Of a stretch of 56,702 bases of DNA, positions 38,089 to 47,817 are shown piece after piece (position 1 is the first letter of the stretch; the number at the start of each line of letters is the position of its first letter). The stretch is from Candidatus Thorarchaeota archaeon (GTDB taxonomy: Archaea; Asgardarchaeota; Thorarchaeia; Thorarchaeales; Thorarchaeaceae): NCBI GenBank assembly GCA_048882485.1, contig JBHLRP010000020.1, positions 1 through 56,702 on the forward strand, read 5' to 3'. The position numbers and the translations under genes were made by a program. The notes under the pieces were generated by a model, which was not told where the DNA came from, made no database searches, and saw only the letters and a program-made list of their open reading frames with translations.

Positions 38089-38877
38089 CTAATCTTCACC
38101 AGAGGACAGTATTTCATTTGTTATCTCCTTTGGGTCTTGAGCCTCCACCCCGAGCTTCTGGAAAAAGGTTGTGATGTTGCTAATATCCCGAAGCAAGTAG
38201 CGGCTTGCGTGGTCGTGATTCTTGAGAACAGCCTGTGACACATCGATTATCACAGGTCCATCTTGCCAGAGGATATTGTACTCACTTAGGTCTGCATGGA
38301 CAAGTCCTGCCTCATTATAGCCAGTATGAATCATGTTGATGATTTCGTTGAATGTATCAACTGGAGACTCGATTTCTACATTCTTCATCAGTCTGGCTGG
38401 TGTTCCAGCATCTAAATCACCAATGAACTCCATAACAAGTACATTCCGTTGAATGTCGATGGGTTTGGGGACACGAACTCCCGCTTTGTGATACCGATTC
38501 AGGTTCTTATACTCCTTCAATGCCCATTGTGGAATCAGAGTTCTGCTGCGGCGGCCAACACGTTTGAACCGAGGATCACCCACTATATACTCAAGCATGT
38601 AGTCTGTTTCAGCGGTACTCACACGGAATATCTTGACGGCAACTGGTGTGCCCTCAGGGTCTTCGCCGGTGTAAACATTGGCTTCTTTTCCAGTGCTAAT
38701 TGTGCCATGGATTACATTGATTGTACCTCTATTGAGAAGCTTGTATAAAGCCTTCAAGGTTGGAGGGTCAATTACACCCTCAATTACCTTGAATTCATCT
38801 GAGTCCTTCCGCCGTTTCATCTTTCGGCGGTCAAGCTCAGATAGAAGTCGCTCATGCTTCTTGTCTAGGTCTTTCAA
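38089..38877 (-). CDS. rio1: RIO1 kinase
   Basis: ISTGKEANVY, VHADLSEYNIL, IDVSQ. Confidence 0.96.
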   Translation of the reverse strand: MKDLDKKHERLLSELDRRKMKRRKDSDEFKVIEGVIDPPTLKALYKLLNRGTINVIHGTISTGKEANVYTGEDPEGTPVAVKIFRVSTAETDYMLEYIVGDPRFKRVGRRSRTLIPQWALKEYKNLNRYHKAGVRVPKPIDIQRNVLVMEFIGDLDAGTPARLMKNVEIESPVDTFNEIINMIHTGYNEAGLVHADLSEYNILWQDGPVIIDVSQAVLKNHDHASRYLLRDISNITTFFQKLGVEAQDPKEITNEILSSGED

Positions 38878-38953
38878 CTTACAATGACTTCCTAACAGAG
38901 CCAGTTGAACTGAACTCAGTGCTAATCTGGCTGCATTTCAGAAAAAGGTTAGC

Positions 38954-39283
38954 CTAGAACATCTTCAGAAGACCCCTCTTCTGAAGCCAGTCCAGCTCAT
39001 TGCCTCGGTATCTGTAGACAACGTCACACTTCTGATCGGATTGGAAGTCCCAAGGCACAATTACAACCGTGTCACCCACACGCATCCAGACTCGTTTCTT
39101 CATTCGCCCGGGGATACGTCCGACACGAATCTCACCATCCTCACATCGCACCCTGACTCTGTCGAAGCCTAACATCTGGATGATGATTCCATACATCTCT
39201 CCGTCATCGCGTCGGGGAGTTCTAACCCGGACTAGTTCTTCGGTTGGGGGGCCTTGCTGTTTTCGTTTACCTCTGCGGGACAA
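38954..39283 (-). CDS. eif1a: Translation initiation factor aIF-1A
   Basis: RIPGRMKKRVW..GD..PWDFQ; TTG start after GGAGG. Confidence 0.94.
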   Translation of the reverse strand: MSRRGKRKQQGPPTEELVRVRTPRRDDGEMYGIIIQMLGFDRVRVRCEDGEIRVGRIPGRMKKRVWMRVGDTVVIVPWDFQSDQKCDVVYRYRGNELDWLQKRGLLKMF

Positions 39284-39383
39284 AATAATCCTCCGTTCAT
39301 GGTCCATACCATAGAGTGCTTAGGACCTGAATCTGAATGCCGAGGGTGGCCATTTAAGCGTAGCTCTCCACACATTCGAGAAT

Positions 39384-40472
39384 TCAGTCGTTAGGTGGAA
39401 TCAGGAATACTCGGTTGTCCAAGTAAAGTCCAAAAGCTGTATCGCCATTTGATACATCTATTGTCATATCTTTTTGGTCAATCTCATGCATTTCAAAGCT
39501 CTCAGAGTCCATGAGTTGGACTGGTTGATTTTGGAGATTCGATACTATCATGAATTGACGTTTGTCGGATTCCGGTGCAATGAACTCGATAGTCCTCCAC
39601 TTTGCGCTTTTTGGATTGATTGTGAATCTATTCCCATTCTTGAGATCATAGCAACTGAGACCACCACGACCCATTGCTGTCACCTGACATGGCTTTGAGT
39701 CAACTCGGATGAAATCCCCAAGCGCGAATTTCTGTAGACGAATGAGGATAGTTATCCGATACTTCTTCCTACCCCCCTTGTCTTCGCCAATGAGTTTGTA
39801 GTTCTCCTTGCGCTCGGCAAGATACCTTTGCTGAAGATTATCTGCTATTCGTTTGCAAAGGTGCTCAGAACCAATCTTGAAGTCTAGTCCATATTTGTCC
39901 CTGCTTATCTCTGTAACGAAGGCCTTGATGTCCTTGCCATACTCCGCCACAGTTAAATCCGTGACCACTGAGACTATCTCATCCTCTTCCATATCTGTAA
40001 TTGATCTCTCATCAGCTCGAACTTGAAGTATAGCTTCATGGTAACCCCCACTCATCATAGCACATGTATCACATGTCGCGTAGCTGAATCGCAACTCAAC
40101 AGGATAACTCTCAGAATGTGCACCTAGGGATAGATTAGAAGTTCCTGCAGCAATTACCATGATATTACGTACTCTATCCAGTATCTTTTCCTCTGTGTAC
40201 TCTAGCTGGACACCGCCAACATTTAGCTCGACTTCTTGCTGCAAAAGAATCTCTATTTGACGTTCTATAAGCTCTTCAGTGTCAGATGGCTGTTCGGTAA
40301 TTGTCTTCCATCCACCGGGTACTTTGACTGCTCCACACCGCTTGCAAGTAAGTAATTTGAGTGGAGACCTGACCTTGACTAATGGGTGTGCTTTTCTGTA
40401 GCATTCAGCACAGAGCCCATCAATCTCGGACTTGTTTCCGCACTCGTAACAGGGAGCAGTCAAGGTCATCAA
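39384..40472 (-). CDS. nmd3: 60S/50S maturation factor Nmd3
   Basis: Four CxxC pairs, GYHEAILQVR, C-terminal OB/eIF5A-like domain. Confidence 0.92.
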   Translation of the reverse strand: MMTLTAPCYECGNKSEIDGLCAECYRKAHPLVKVRSPLKLLTCKRCGAVKVPGGWKTITEQPSDTEELIERQIEILLQQEVELNVGGVQLEYTEEKILDRVRNIMVIAAGTSNLSLGAHSESYPVELRFSYATCDTCAMMSGGYHEAILQVRADERSITDMEEDEIVSVVTDLTVAEYGKDIKAFVTEISRDKYGLDFKIGSEHLCKRIADNLQQRYLAERKENYKLIGEDKGGRKKYRITILIRLQKFALGDFIRVDSKPCQVTAMGRGGLSCYDLKNGNRFTINPKSAKWRTIEFIAPESDKRQFMIVSNLQNQPVQLMDSESFEMHEIDQKDMTIDVSNGDTAFGLYLDNRVFLIPPND

Positions 40473-40575
40473 CCGTGATAGATTACTGATTCCTTAAAAC
40501 GTGGTAGGATTCACCAGCGTGTTGAACTCTTTGTGTCATCGGAAGCCTTTTTTGAATTATGATTAATAACTCTTC

Positions 40576-41007
40576 ATGCCTCGAAGGAAGCAGTTCAGAA
40601 AGGTTTCTGAAGAGCCCTCGATATCCATCTTTAAGCCTGCTGGCATTCCTGCAAAAGAGCTAGATGAGATTCTCATTACAGTTGACGAATTTGAGGCAGT
40701 GAGACTCGCGGATTACGAGGGAATGAATCAGAGAGAAGCCAGTGATGTGATGCATGTTAGCCAACCCACGTTCAATCGGATTTTGACTTCGGCAAGAAAG
40801 AAGATTGCAGAAACCATAGTGCGTGGAATTGTGCTCCGAATCGAGGGGGGAGAATATGTCCTGCCCTGTGATGTCCGTGTTTTTGAATGCGATAAATGCG
40901 GGAATTCAATAGAGGCCCCTCTAGGACAACCCAGACCTAAGATTTGTCCCGAGTGTGGTTCAGACACTCTATACAGAAAGAAGATGCTCAAAGAAGCCAA
41001 AGAGTGA
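40576..41007 (+). CDS. DUF134 DNA-binding protein with C-terminal zinc ribbon
   Basis: FKPAG..DEFEAVRLADYEG..VSQPTF; CxxC..CPEC. Confidence 0.9.
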   Translation: MPRRKQFRKVSEEPSISIFKPAGIPAKELDEILITVDEFEAVRLADYEGMNQREASDVMHVSQPTFNRILTSARKKIAETIVRGIVLRIEGGEYVLPCDVRVFECDKCGNSIEAPLGQPRPKICPECGSDTLYRKKMLKEAKE

Positions 41008-41013
41008 TCCAAA

Positions 41014-41415
41014 ATGACTTTACACAAAATAGCAGTACCCGCGATTTCTGAACAGGGACTCGATAGTCCAATAAGTGCACATTTCGGTCATAGCCCAATG
41101 TTTGTTATTTCCACTGTTGAAGACGGAAGGGTTGTTGAGGTGGAAACTCTGAGGAATGCAGGGCATTCCAGTTGTGCTGAACCGGTGATGGCATTGGCAG
41201 ACAGAGGGATCAAGGTCCTAATAGTAGCAGGAATGGGGGGGCGACCGTACATGGTGACTCAGCAAGTAGGAATCTCTGTAATCAAAGCAGAAGGAGCCAC
41301 AGTGAGAGAGGCCCTGAATAGCTATCTGGAAGGAATCGCATCAGATATGAGAATGGATGCACTCTGTGGTGGAAAATCAAAGAGAGGATGTAGTGGAGAA
41401 CCACATAATCACTAA
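41014..41415 (+). CDS. NifB/NifX-family (dinitrogenase FeMo-cofactor-like) protein
   Basis: KIAVP..SAHFGHSP, GMGG. Confidence 0.88.
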   Translation: MTLHKIAVPAISEQGLDSPISAHFGHSPMFVISTVEDGRVVEVETLRNAGHSSCAEPVMALADRGIKVLIVAGMGGRPYMVTQQVGISVIKAEGATVREALNSYLEGIASDMRMDALCGGKSKRGCSGEPHNH

Positions 41416-41714
41416 AGGCGAACCCATTGAGCGTGTGGATGTCCCTCTATATAGGCGACGGCTTGTTCATGGACGAAACCTGCCTTCATTGCAGTCTTGA
41501 CGCTTGTTGAACCAACCATGTTTGCAATGGTTGCTTTGTTGAGGTGTTCGACACAGACCTTGACATCGACCAATTCGTTTCCATAGAACTCTGGAGAAAC
41601 CTTGAACTCGACCGCACCCTCCGTCAGTGTCTTTCCGAGAAGTGCCTCATCGCATATAGCAACTACATAGTGTCCGTCATGTGTTTCACGTACACGCATG
41701 TAGACGTTAGGCAT
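41412..41714 (-). CDS. DUF424-family protein
   Basis: VVAICDEALLG, FYG, ANMVG. Confidence 0.88.
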   Translation of the reverse strand: MPNVYMRVRETHDGHYVVAICDEALLGKTLTEGAVEFKVSPEFYGNELVDVKVCVEHLNKATIANMVGSTSVKTAMKAGFVHEQAVAYIEGHPHAQWVRL

Positions 41715-41728
41715 ACGTATTTCTCCTA

Positions 41729-42142
41729 TTAGACCGGTCTTACTGAAGTTCGAGCTCCACATGCTGAGCAGATTAGATAGTAGGCGTTACCCGCTTTGGC
41801 CATGCTAGTATCTGGACGTGTACATACTGGACAAATAACATATGATTCGATGTATCTGCCCAATACATCATCTACTTGATCAGACATAAACTTCCCATTG
41901 AAGATAGCATTGCTCCCTTCGATATTGCCCGCTGTGGCTAGCTGACCAGCCACATATTTGAGCACCTCTTTCCCTGGCCGGTTCAGAATGTTGATTATCT
42001 CCTGAAAGTTCTGCCAAAAACTTCTACTGCCCTGAACCATCAATTGGACTTTCGGAACTTGGAATCTCTCTCCAGACTTCTTGAATGCATCTTCTGGGAC
42101 TTGAGAACGCGCCCTTTCTAGTAGACTCTCGTAGTCGTCCAT
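41729..42142 (-). CDS. eif2b: Translation initiation factor aIF-2 beta
   Basis: YESLLERA, ERF..P, YVICPVCTRPDT..CSACGA. Confidence 0.95.
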   Translation of the reverse strand: MDDYESLLERARSQVPEDAFKKSGERFQVPKVQLMVQGSRSFWQNFQEIINILNRPGKEVLKYVAGQLATAGNIEGSNAIFNGKFMSDQVDDVLGRYIESYVICPVCTRPDTSMAKAGNAYYLICSACGARTSVRPV

Positions 42143-42191
42143 AATCCAAATCACTCGGCATTCGCTATTAAGCTGTCGCTCTGTACTTCGT

Positions 42192-42932
42192 TCAGGAGTC
42201 AGCCGGACGATAGACTCCGACTCTCACTTCTACTAGACTCCCCTGACCTTGAAGATCTAGGACCTTTAGCTGAATATCTGTCCGGTCATGTCCTTTCTCC
42301 TCAAAGAAATCAACAATAGATGCTATAGGAACACCTTCTTCCTCAGAATTCTCTTCAATGTACTGCATAATTTGCTTGTAGATCTTGCCAGAGAGGGGCT
42401 TTCCTTTCTTCTCCGGAGGCTTTTCTGCAACTTCGCGTTTCGGAGGCGGAGCTGATTCCTCGAAAAAGTCCTGCGAGTCAGAAGTAGTTTGAAGCGATAC
42501 CCCGGTGCGAGTGAGCATTGCAGCATATCGTTCTAACTGATGGACTGTCATGTAATTTGGGTCGTCGAGTTCACGCACTATTTCGGGAGAAACGTAGATT
42601 TCACCCTGGTACTCTTTTACTTTCCCGATAATGAGTGCTAGAATATTCGCCTGAACCTTCTCGAGAGAGGATGCTTCGCCACCCCAAGCCTTTGCTCTAA
42701 TCGTTTCAGTTCCATCATCAATTGTTATGCTTGCATAGCCTTCTTTCGAATAATGGTCGACTATTAGACCAACTAGGGCAACCCTTCGCAATTCTACGCC
42801 AAATGGAGAGATAACATGAGAGCCATTATCATCCCCAAAGGTTCCGTTCACAATATCACTCACTGCAGCTCGTACCGCAGTCATTCTCTCTCGACTCAGG
42901 GTAGTCCACCTGTCTGTACTTGTTTTGTTCAC
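42192..42932 (-). CDS. RPA32/RPA2-like OB-fold protein with C-terminal winged helix
   Basis: RVALVG..ITIDDGTETIRAK OB fold, linker, wH ending LVEVRVGVYR. Confidence 0.8.
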   Translation of the reverse strand: MNKTSTDRWTTLSRERMTAVRAAVSDIVNGTFGDDNGSHVISPFGVELRRVALVGLIVDHYSKEGYASITIDDGTETIRAKAWGGEASSLEKVQANILALIIGKVKEYQGEIYVSPEIVRELDDPNYMTVHQLERYAAMLTRTGVSLQTTSDSQDFFEESAPPPKREVAEKPPEKKGKPLSGKIYKQIMQYIEENSEEEGVPIASIVDFFEEKGHDRTDIQLKVLDLQGQGSLVEVRVGVYRPADS

Positions 42933-42970
42933 TCTTCAGTATTTATCGTTCTCTATGTGATTAAAACCCT

Positions 42971-44002
42971 CTAAAAGAAGTCTGTTAGTGAACTCTGATG
43001 AGTAGACTCTCTCAGCTCCTTTAGAGCTTCGCCCAAGCGCTCTAGAGACTTCTCGACACGATTTGAGCTGAAGTCGTGCTTTCCACAGAGAGTTCGAACA
43101 ATCGCGTCACGATCTGGATCGGCCCATTTTGGCTCCTTAACATCCATCTTGGGGGGTTTCAGAAAGATTTCCCTTATCTCTTCGTAGGGAAAGTCCAGTT
43201 TAATCTCGCGTTCCTCCTCGATTTTCTCAAGACTTCCATACTGCTTGACCCATTTCAGTGCAGTCTTGGGGCCCACTCCCTCCAACTTGTCATTGTAGTC
43301 GGTGCCAATAAGGATAGCAATGTCAATGAGTTGTTCTCGAGTTATCTCCAAGTGTCTGAGATTCAAGTCCAAGTCAATGATTTCAGGACTGATTGTCCTA
43401 TACTTGGAACGTCCAAATCTCCTTCTTCCTGAGATATTCAGATTTCTGATCATCCGAGGACAGTTGTATAACAGTGAGTCATTGTCCTGACTTGCACTTG
43501 CCCATACGATGTTAGCCCTGGTCATCTGCGCAGCCAGAGCCTCACCCTCAGATGGCGCTTGTATCACTGGAATCCCGAGAGCTTCTAGCAGCTCTTTACT
43601 CTCCTCAATCATTGGACTAGTAAGTCTAGAGCTGGCTTGCCCAGCCTTCCGTGCATCCTCAATTCGACCTTCTGCCTTGGCTCGTGCCCACTCCTCTCTT
43701 GCTGCCTCGCGAATTTCTTGTCGTCGTTGAACCTCTGCAGCCTTTAGCGTGGGAGCCTCACCATCGAATACAAAGACGGGACTTATTCCATTCTCAAGTA
43801 AGTTCAAGTTTCTATAGAAGAGCCCAGAGAGATGACTGGTCACACGACCTTGTCGATCCATGAGAGGAGTCCCATCTGGTTGTCTGATGCTTGCGAGAAA
43901 GGCATAGATTGTGTTGAAGGCATCAATCGCAATTCTGCGTCCACTAAGCTCTCTCAATGAGATTGGCTCGGCAGTCACTATATCACCTAGTTTGGTACCC
44001 AT
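42971..44002 (-). CDS. fen1: Flap endonuclease 1
   Basis: IDAFN, IRQPDG, SEGEA, GTDYN, PIP box QSSLTDFF. Confidence 0.97.
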   Translation of the reverse strand: MGTKLGDIVTAEPISLRELSGRRIAIDAFNTIYAFLASIRQPDGTPLMDRQGRVTSHLSGLFYRNLNLLENGISPVFVFDGEAPTLKAAEVQRRQEIREAAREEWARAKAEGRIEDARKAGQASSRLTSPMIEESKELLEALGIPVIQAPSEGEALAAQMTRANIVWASASQDNDSLLYNCPRMIRNLNISGRRRFGRSKYRTISPEIIDLDLNLRHLEITREQLIDIAILIGTDYNDKLEGVGPKTALKWVKQYGSLEKIEEEREIKLDFPYEEIREIFLKPPKMDVKEPKWADPDRDAIVRTLCGKHDFSSNRVEKSLERLGEALKELRESTHQSSLTDFF

Positions 44003-44177
44003 AAGATTCTCTCCAGACTTCCTAGCAGGTCTTCATAGCCCCTACAGCCATATATGGATTAAGCTCAATCGTGATGAGTTGTGCAAGGTATACGCTTCGA
44101 CAGGTTTATAAAAACCGCACAGCTGGGCCCATGAAACGCAACCAGCGATAATACCCTCTGGTGATAATTTGTCCAAT

Positions 44178-44345
44178 ATGAGAGCTATTAGATGCACTTC
44201 ATGTCACCGTTCAATCTCGCCACAGGAGAACAGCGTGAAGTTTCAGTGTCCATCATGCGGCGAATTCATGATCTGGCGGTGTGAGGTCTGTAGACGCTTC
44301 TCTGTCAAGTATAGCTGCCCCAATTGCGCTTTCGAGGGCCCATAG
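44178..44345 (+). CDS. Small double zinc-ribbon protein (DUF1610/HVO_2753-like), not in ORF track
   Basis: MRAIRCTSCH..FQCPSCGE..RCEVCR..YSCPNCAFEGP; conserved position upstream of EF-1beta. Confidence 0.92.
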   Translation: MRAIRCTSCHRSISPQENSVKFQCPSCGEFMIWRCEVCRRFSVKYSCPNCAFEGP

Positions 44346-44367
44346 TCAGAAATGGAGTTGGTTTGTA

Positions 44368-44634
44368 ATGGCAAGAGTTGTTGTCACATTAAAGGTAATG
44401 CCAGAAGACATAGATGTCAATCTCGAGGATCTATTGGAACGCATCAAGTCTAATATTCCGGATGGAACAGATGTTCGAGCAACTGAGATAGTTCCAGTGG
44501 CATTTGGCCTGAAGGCGCTAAGGATGAATGTTGCCAGAGAGGAATCGATGGGTGGCACTGACGATATCGAAGAAGCGATTGGTTCTCTTGAAGGTGTGGC
44601 TCAGGTCGAAGTCGAAATGGTTTCGCGCATGTAG
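44368..44634 (+). CDS. ef1b: Elongation factor 1-beta
   Basis: MARVVVTLKVMPE, PVAFGLKAL. Confidence 0.95.
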   Translation: MARVVVTLKVMPEDIDVNLEDLLERIKSNIPDGTDVRATEIVPVAFGLKALRMNVAREESMGGTDDIEEAIGSLEGVAQVEVEMVSRM

Positions 44635-44862
44635 AGGGATTCGCGCCAACTACATACAGTGTTGCGAAATAACGATTAGAACTCAGGGTTTATAACTAGT
44701 CTTTCATCGGAATTTTCTGTAAATCAACTTCTCTTGGAGCCTGATTATATCGGTGTTAAAAAACCCTTTATGGAAACTTGAGAGAGAGGAGTTGAAGGTT
44801 GTCAGTAAGCCGTCCTGTTTCTGAGCCATCAGAATCTACAACCAGAAGGATGTTGCCAAGCA

Positions 44863-47064
44863 TTGGTCGAAATAGTACTAAAGGTGACAGAAGCCGAGCA
44901 TCGGGATATTGGTCGATTCATTGTCAGAATCGATGCCATGTCTATGGAGAAACTAGGCGTAAGGACTGGAGACATCATCCAAATCAAAGGAAAGCGTGTG
45001 ACTGCTGCAATTGCTTGGCCAGCTTATCAAGGAGATAAAGGCCGAGAGATCATCAGAATGGATGGTCGAATAAGACGAAATGCAGGAGTTAGCTTGAGCG
45101 AAAAGGTCACTGTTTCACGAGCGAATGAGGAACCTGCACGTAATATCACCCTTGCACCAACATCAGTACCGATTCGTCCTGAGCCAAGATTTGAGGAGTT
45201 CGTTAAGCGCAAACTTCTCAACTGCCCTGTCACCACAAATGATACGGTTTTCATTCCAATTCTGGGACGGGCAATTCCTTTCAAAGTCACCGGCGTGAAG
45301 CCAGCTGGGACAGTTGTAGTTCAGCACTCTACAATGCTCTCAATCGCAGAGAAGCCAACTGGAGATGTGGTTGGAGCCGCACAGGTGACATATGAGGAGA
45401 TTGGTGGTCTTGCTGATGCGATACAGAGAATCCGTGAGATGGTCGAGCTACCAATGCGCCATCCGGAGATTTTCAAGCGTCTCGGTATTGATCCACCGCG
45501 CGGTCTGATTCTGCATGGTCCACCTGGGACAGGAAAGACCTTGCTCGCCAAGGCTGTAGCAGGAGAGTCGGAAGCCAATTTCGTACACATAAATGGGCCA
45601 GAAATCATGTCCAAGTTCTATGGGGAGTCAGAACAGAAACTTAGGAAGATCTTCGAGGAGGCAGAAGAGAATGCTCCGAGTATCATATTCATAGACGAGC
45701 TAGACGCCATTGCACCTAAACGAGAGGATGTGCAAGGCGAGGTTGAGAGACGTGTTGTCGCTCAGCTATTGGCGACCATGGATGGTCTCAAGGCGCGAGG
45801 GCAAGTGATTGTAATAGGAGCTACCAACCGAGTGAATGCACTCGATCCTGCATTACGACGGCCTGGACGATTTGATAGAGAGATAGAGATTGGAGTGCCT
45901 GATGAAACTGGTCGATTAGAGGTGCTTCACATACATTCGCGCGGAATGCCATTAACTGCTGAAGGGGACAATCGGGTTGACCTTCAAAACCTGGCTCACA
46001 TTACACACGGTTTTGTGGGGGCAGACCTAAACGCACTCTGTAGAGAAGCAGCGATGAAGGCGCTTAGAAGATACCTTCCACAGTTCAATCTGGAGGATGA
46101 GGAGATTCCTCAAGAGGTTCTTGACCAACTCGAAGTCAATAATGAAGACTTTCTAGATGCACTCAGAGAGATACAGCCATCTGCAGTGAGAGAGGTATTC
46201 ATTGAGGTTCCAAATGTCAGATGGTCTGATGTTGGCGGTCTTGAAGAGATCAAGGAAAAGCTCAAAGAGGTCGTTGAATGGCCACTGAAAACACCAGAAG
46301 CATTCAAGAAGTTTGGAATCGAGCCACCAAGGGGCGTGTTGATTTTTGGACCCCCCGGATGTGGAAAGACGCTCTTGGCTAAAGCCGTAGCTACTGAGAG
46401 TGAAGCCAACTTCATTAGTGTAAAGGGTCCAGAACTGCTCTCAAAATGGGTTGGTGAGAGCGAGAAAGCGGTAAGAGAAGTGTTCCGAAAAGCTCGGACT
46501 GCGGCACCAGCGATAATATTCTTTGATGAGCTCGACTCAATTGCTCCCTCAAGAGGCAGAGTTTCTGGAGACAGTAATGTGACGGAGAGAATGGTGAGTC
46601 AGCTACTCACTGAGATGGACGGTTTGGAGTCCATGAAGGATTTGGTGGTAGTTGCAGCAACCAACCGACCAGACCTCATAGACAGAGCCCTTCTCAGAAA
46701 GGGAAGATTCGATAGATGGATCTACATTCCACCACCCACTGCAAAGGGACGCGAAGCAATTTTCGAGATATACTTGGACAAAATGCCACTTGACAATGAT
46801 GTGAAGACCAAGAAATTGGTGGAAATGACTGAGAATTTCGTTGGCGGTGACATTGAGAACCTATGCAAGGAGGCTGGAATGCATGCGCTTAAAGAGAATC
46901 GCACAAATGAAATCGAGTTTGTTTCTTGGAGACATTTCGAGGAGGCATTGAAGGCAGTGCAGGCCTCTATTACGCCCAAGGACATCGCAGACTACGAGAA
47001 GATGAATGAGGAGTTCCAGAGAACTGCAGCAAAGCCATCAACTGCGCCGCCGGGCTATATTTAG
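44863..47064 (+). CDS. cdc48: CDC48/VCP/VAT AAA+ ATPase
   Basis: N-domain plus two AAA modules ([20 protein letters not shown]). Confidence 0.97.
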   Translation: MVEIVLKVTEAEHRDIGRFIVRIDAMSMEKLGVRTGDIIQIKGKRVTAAIAWPAYQGDKGREIIRMDGRIRRNAGVSLSEKVTVSRANEEPARNITLAPTSVPIRPEPRFEEFVKRKLLNCPVTTNDTVFIPILGRAIPFKVTGVKPAGTVVVQHSTMLSIAEKPTGDVVGAAQVTYEEIGGLADAIQRIREMVELPMRHPEIFKRLGIDPPRGLILHGPPGTGKTLLAKAVAGESEANFVHINGPEIMSKFYGESEQKLRKIFEEAEENAPSIIFIDELDAIAPKREDVQGEVERRVVAQLLATMDGLKARGQVIVIGATNRVNALDPALRRPGRFDREIEIGVPDETGRLEVLHIHSRGMPLTAEGDNRVDLQNLAHITHGFVGADLNALCREAAMKALRRYLPQFNLEDEEIPQEVLDQLEVNNEDFLDALREIQPSAVREVFIEVPNVRWSDVGGLEEIKEKLKEVVEWPLKTPEAFKKFGIEPPRGVLIFGPPGCGKTLLAKAVATESEANFISVKGPELLSKWVGESEKAVREVFRKARTAAPAIIFFDELDSIAPSRGRVSGDSNVTERMVSQLLTEMDGLESMKDLVVVAATNRPDLIDRALLRKGRFDRWIYIPPPTAKGREAIFEIYLDKMPLDNDVKTKKLVEMTENFVGGDIENLCKEAGMHALKENRTNEIEFVSWRHFEEALKAVQASITPKDIADYEKMNEEFQRTAAKPSTAPPGYI

Positions 47065-47077
47065 AGAGGGATAAGGA

Positions 47078-47338
47078 ATGACATCGTGGAGCATCATGCC
47101 TCTCAGAAACATAGTGATGGATATACTTCAGAAGAGAAGAGGGGTCATTCTTGATGATGAACTCGGGAGATCTCTGAAGAAGGAACTTGGTCAAGAGCCA
47201 AGCGATGCTGAGCTAAACTCTGCGCTAATGGAGCTGGAGATTAACGGTCTCGTGCATGTGAGTCAAATCACAAAGACGAAGAGAAGAATCGAAGTTATAA
47301 CTGAAGGACACGAGTTCCTGGCTGTTGATGAAGACTAG
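47078..47338 (+). CDS. Small winged-helix-like protein downstream of cdc48
   Basis: ELNSALMELEINGLVHV wH pattern. Confidence 0.7.
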   Translation: MTSWSIMPLRNIVMDILQKRRGVILDDELGRSLKKELGQEPSDAELNSALMELEINGLVHVSQITKTKRRIEVITEGHEFLAVDED

Positions 47339-47349
47339 TAGAGGCACGG

Positions 47350-47817
47350 ATGATGTCAGGCAAACGTGTTCTAGCTGCGGGTAAGTTCGATATTTTACAC
47401 CTCGGGCATCTAGCATATCTTGAACAGGCCAAGGAGATTGCTGGTAAAGAAGGCGAGCTCATTGTTGTAATTGCCTTGGACAAGACCATTGAAAGGGAGA
47501 GGGGTGCTCCGCCTGTCTTTCCTGAGCATCAGCGTAGAAAGCTTGTGGAATCACTGGATGTCGTTGACAAAGCAATCCTTGGATATGACACATCTGATCA
47601 TTCTCTCATCGTTGCAGATGTGAAACCAGACATTATCGCACTTGGTTATGACCAGACGACTAATGTTCAGTCATTAGAGAAGAGATTCCAAGAGAAAAAA
47701 ATGAAGATTGAAATCGTGAGACTCAAACAGCGAAAGGCGGATGGTCCGTTCTCCTCAACTATGATACGAGAACGAATCATTGAATTCTACCGTGAGAATG
47801 GCAGGGCTCGGACCTAG
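47350..47817 (+). CDS. ribL: FAD synthase (cytidylyltransferase family)
   Basis: GKFDILHLGH, PDIIALGYDQ, SST. Confidence 0.88.
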   Translation: MMSGKRVLAAGKFDILHLGHLAYLEQAKEIAGKEGELIVVIALDKTIERERGAPPVFPEHQRRKLVESLDVVDKAILGYDTSDHSLIVADVKPDIIALGYDQTTNVQSLEKRFQEKKMKIEIVRLKQRKADGPFSSTMIRERIIEFYRENGRART

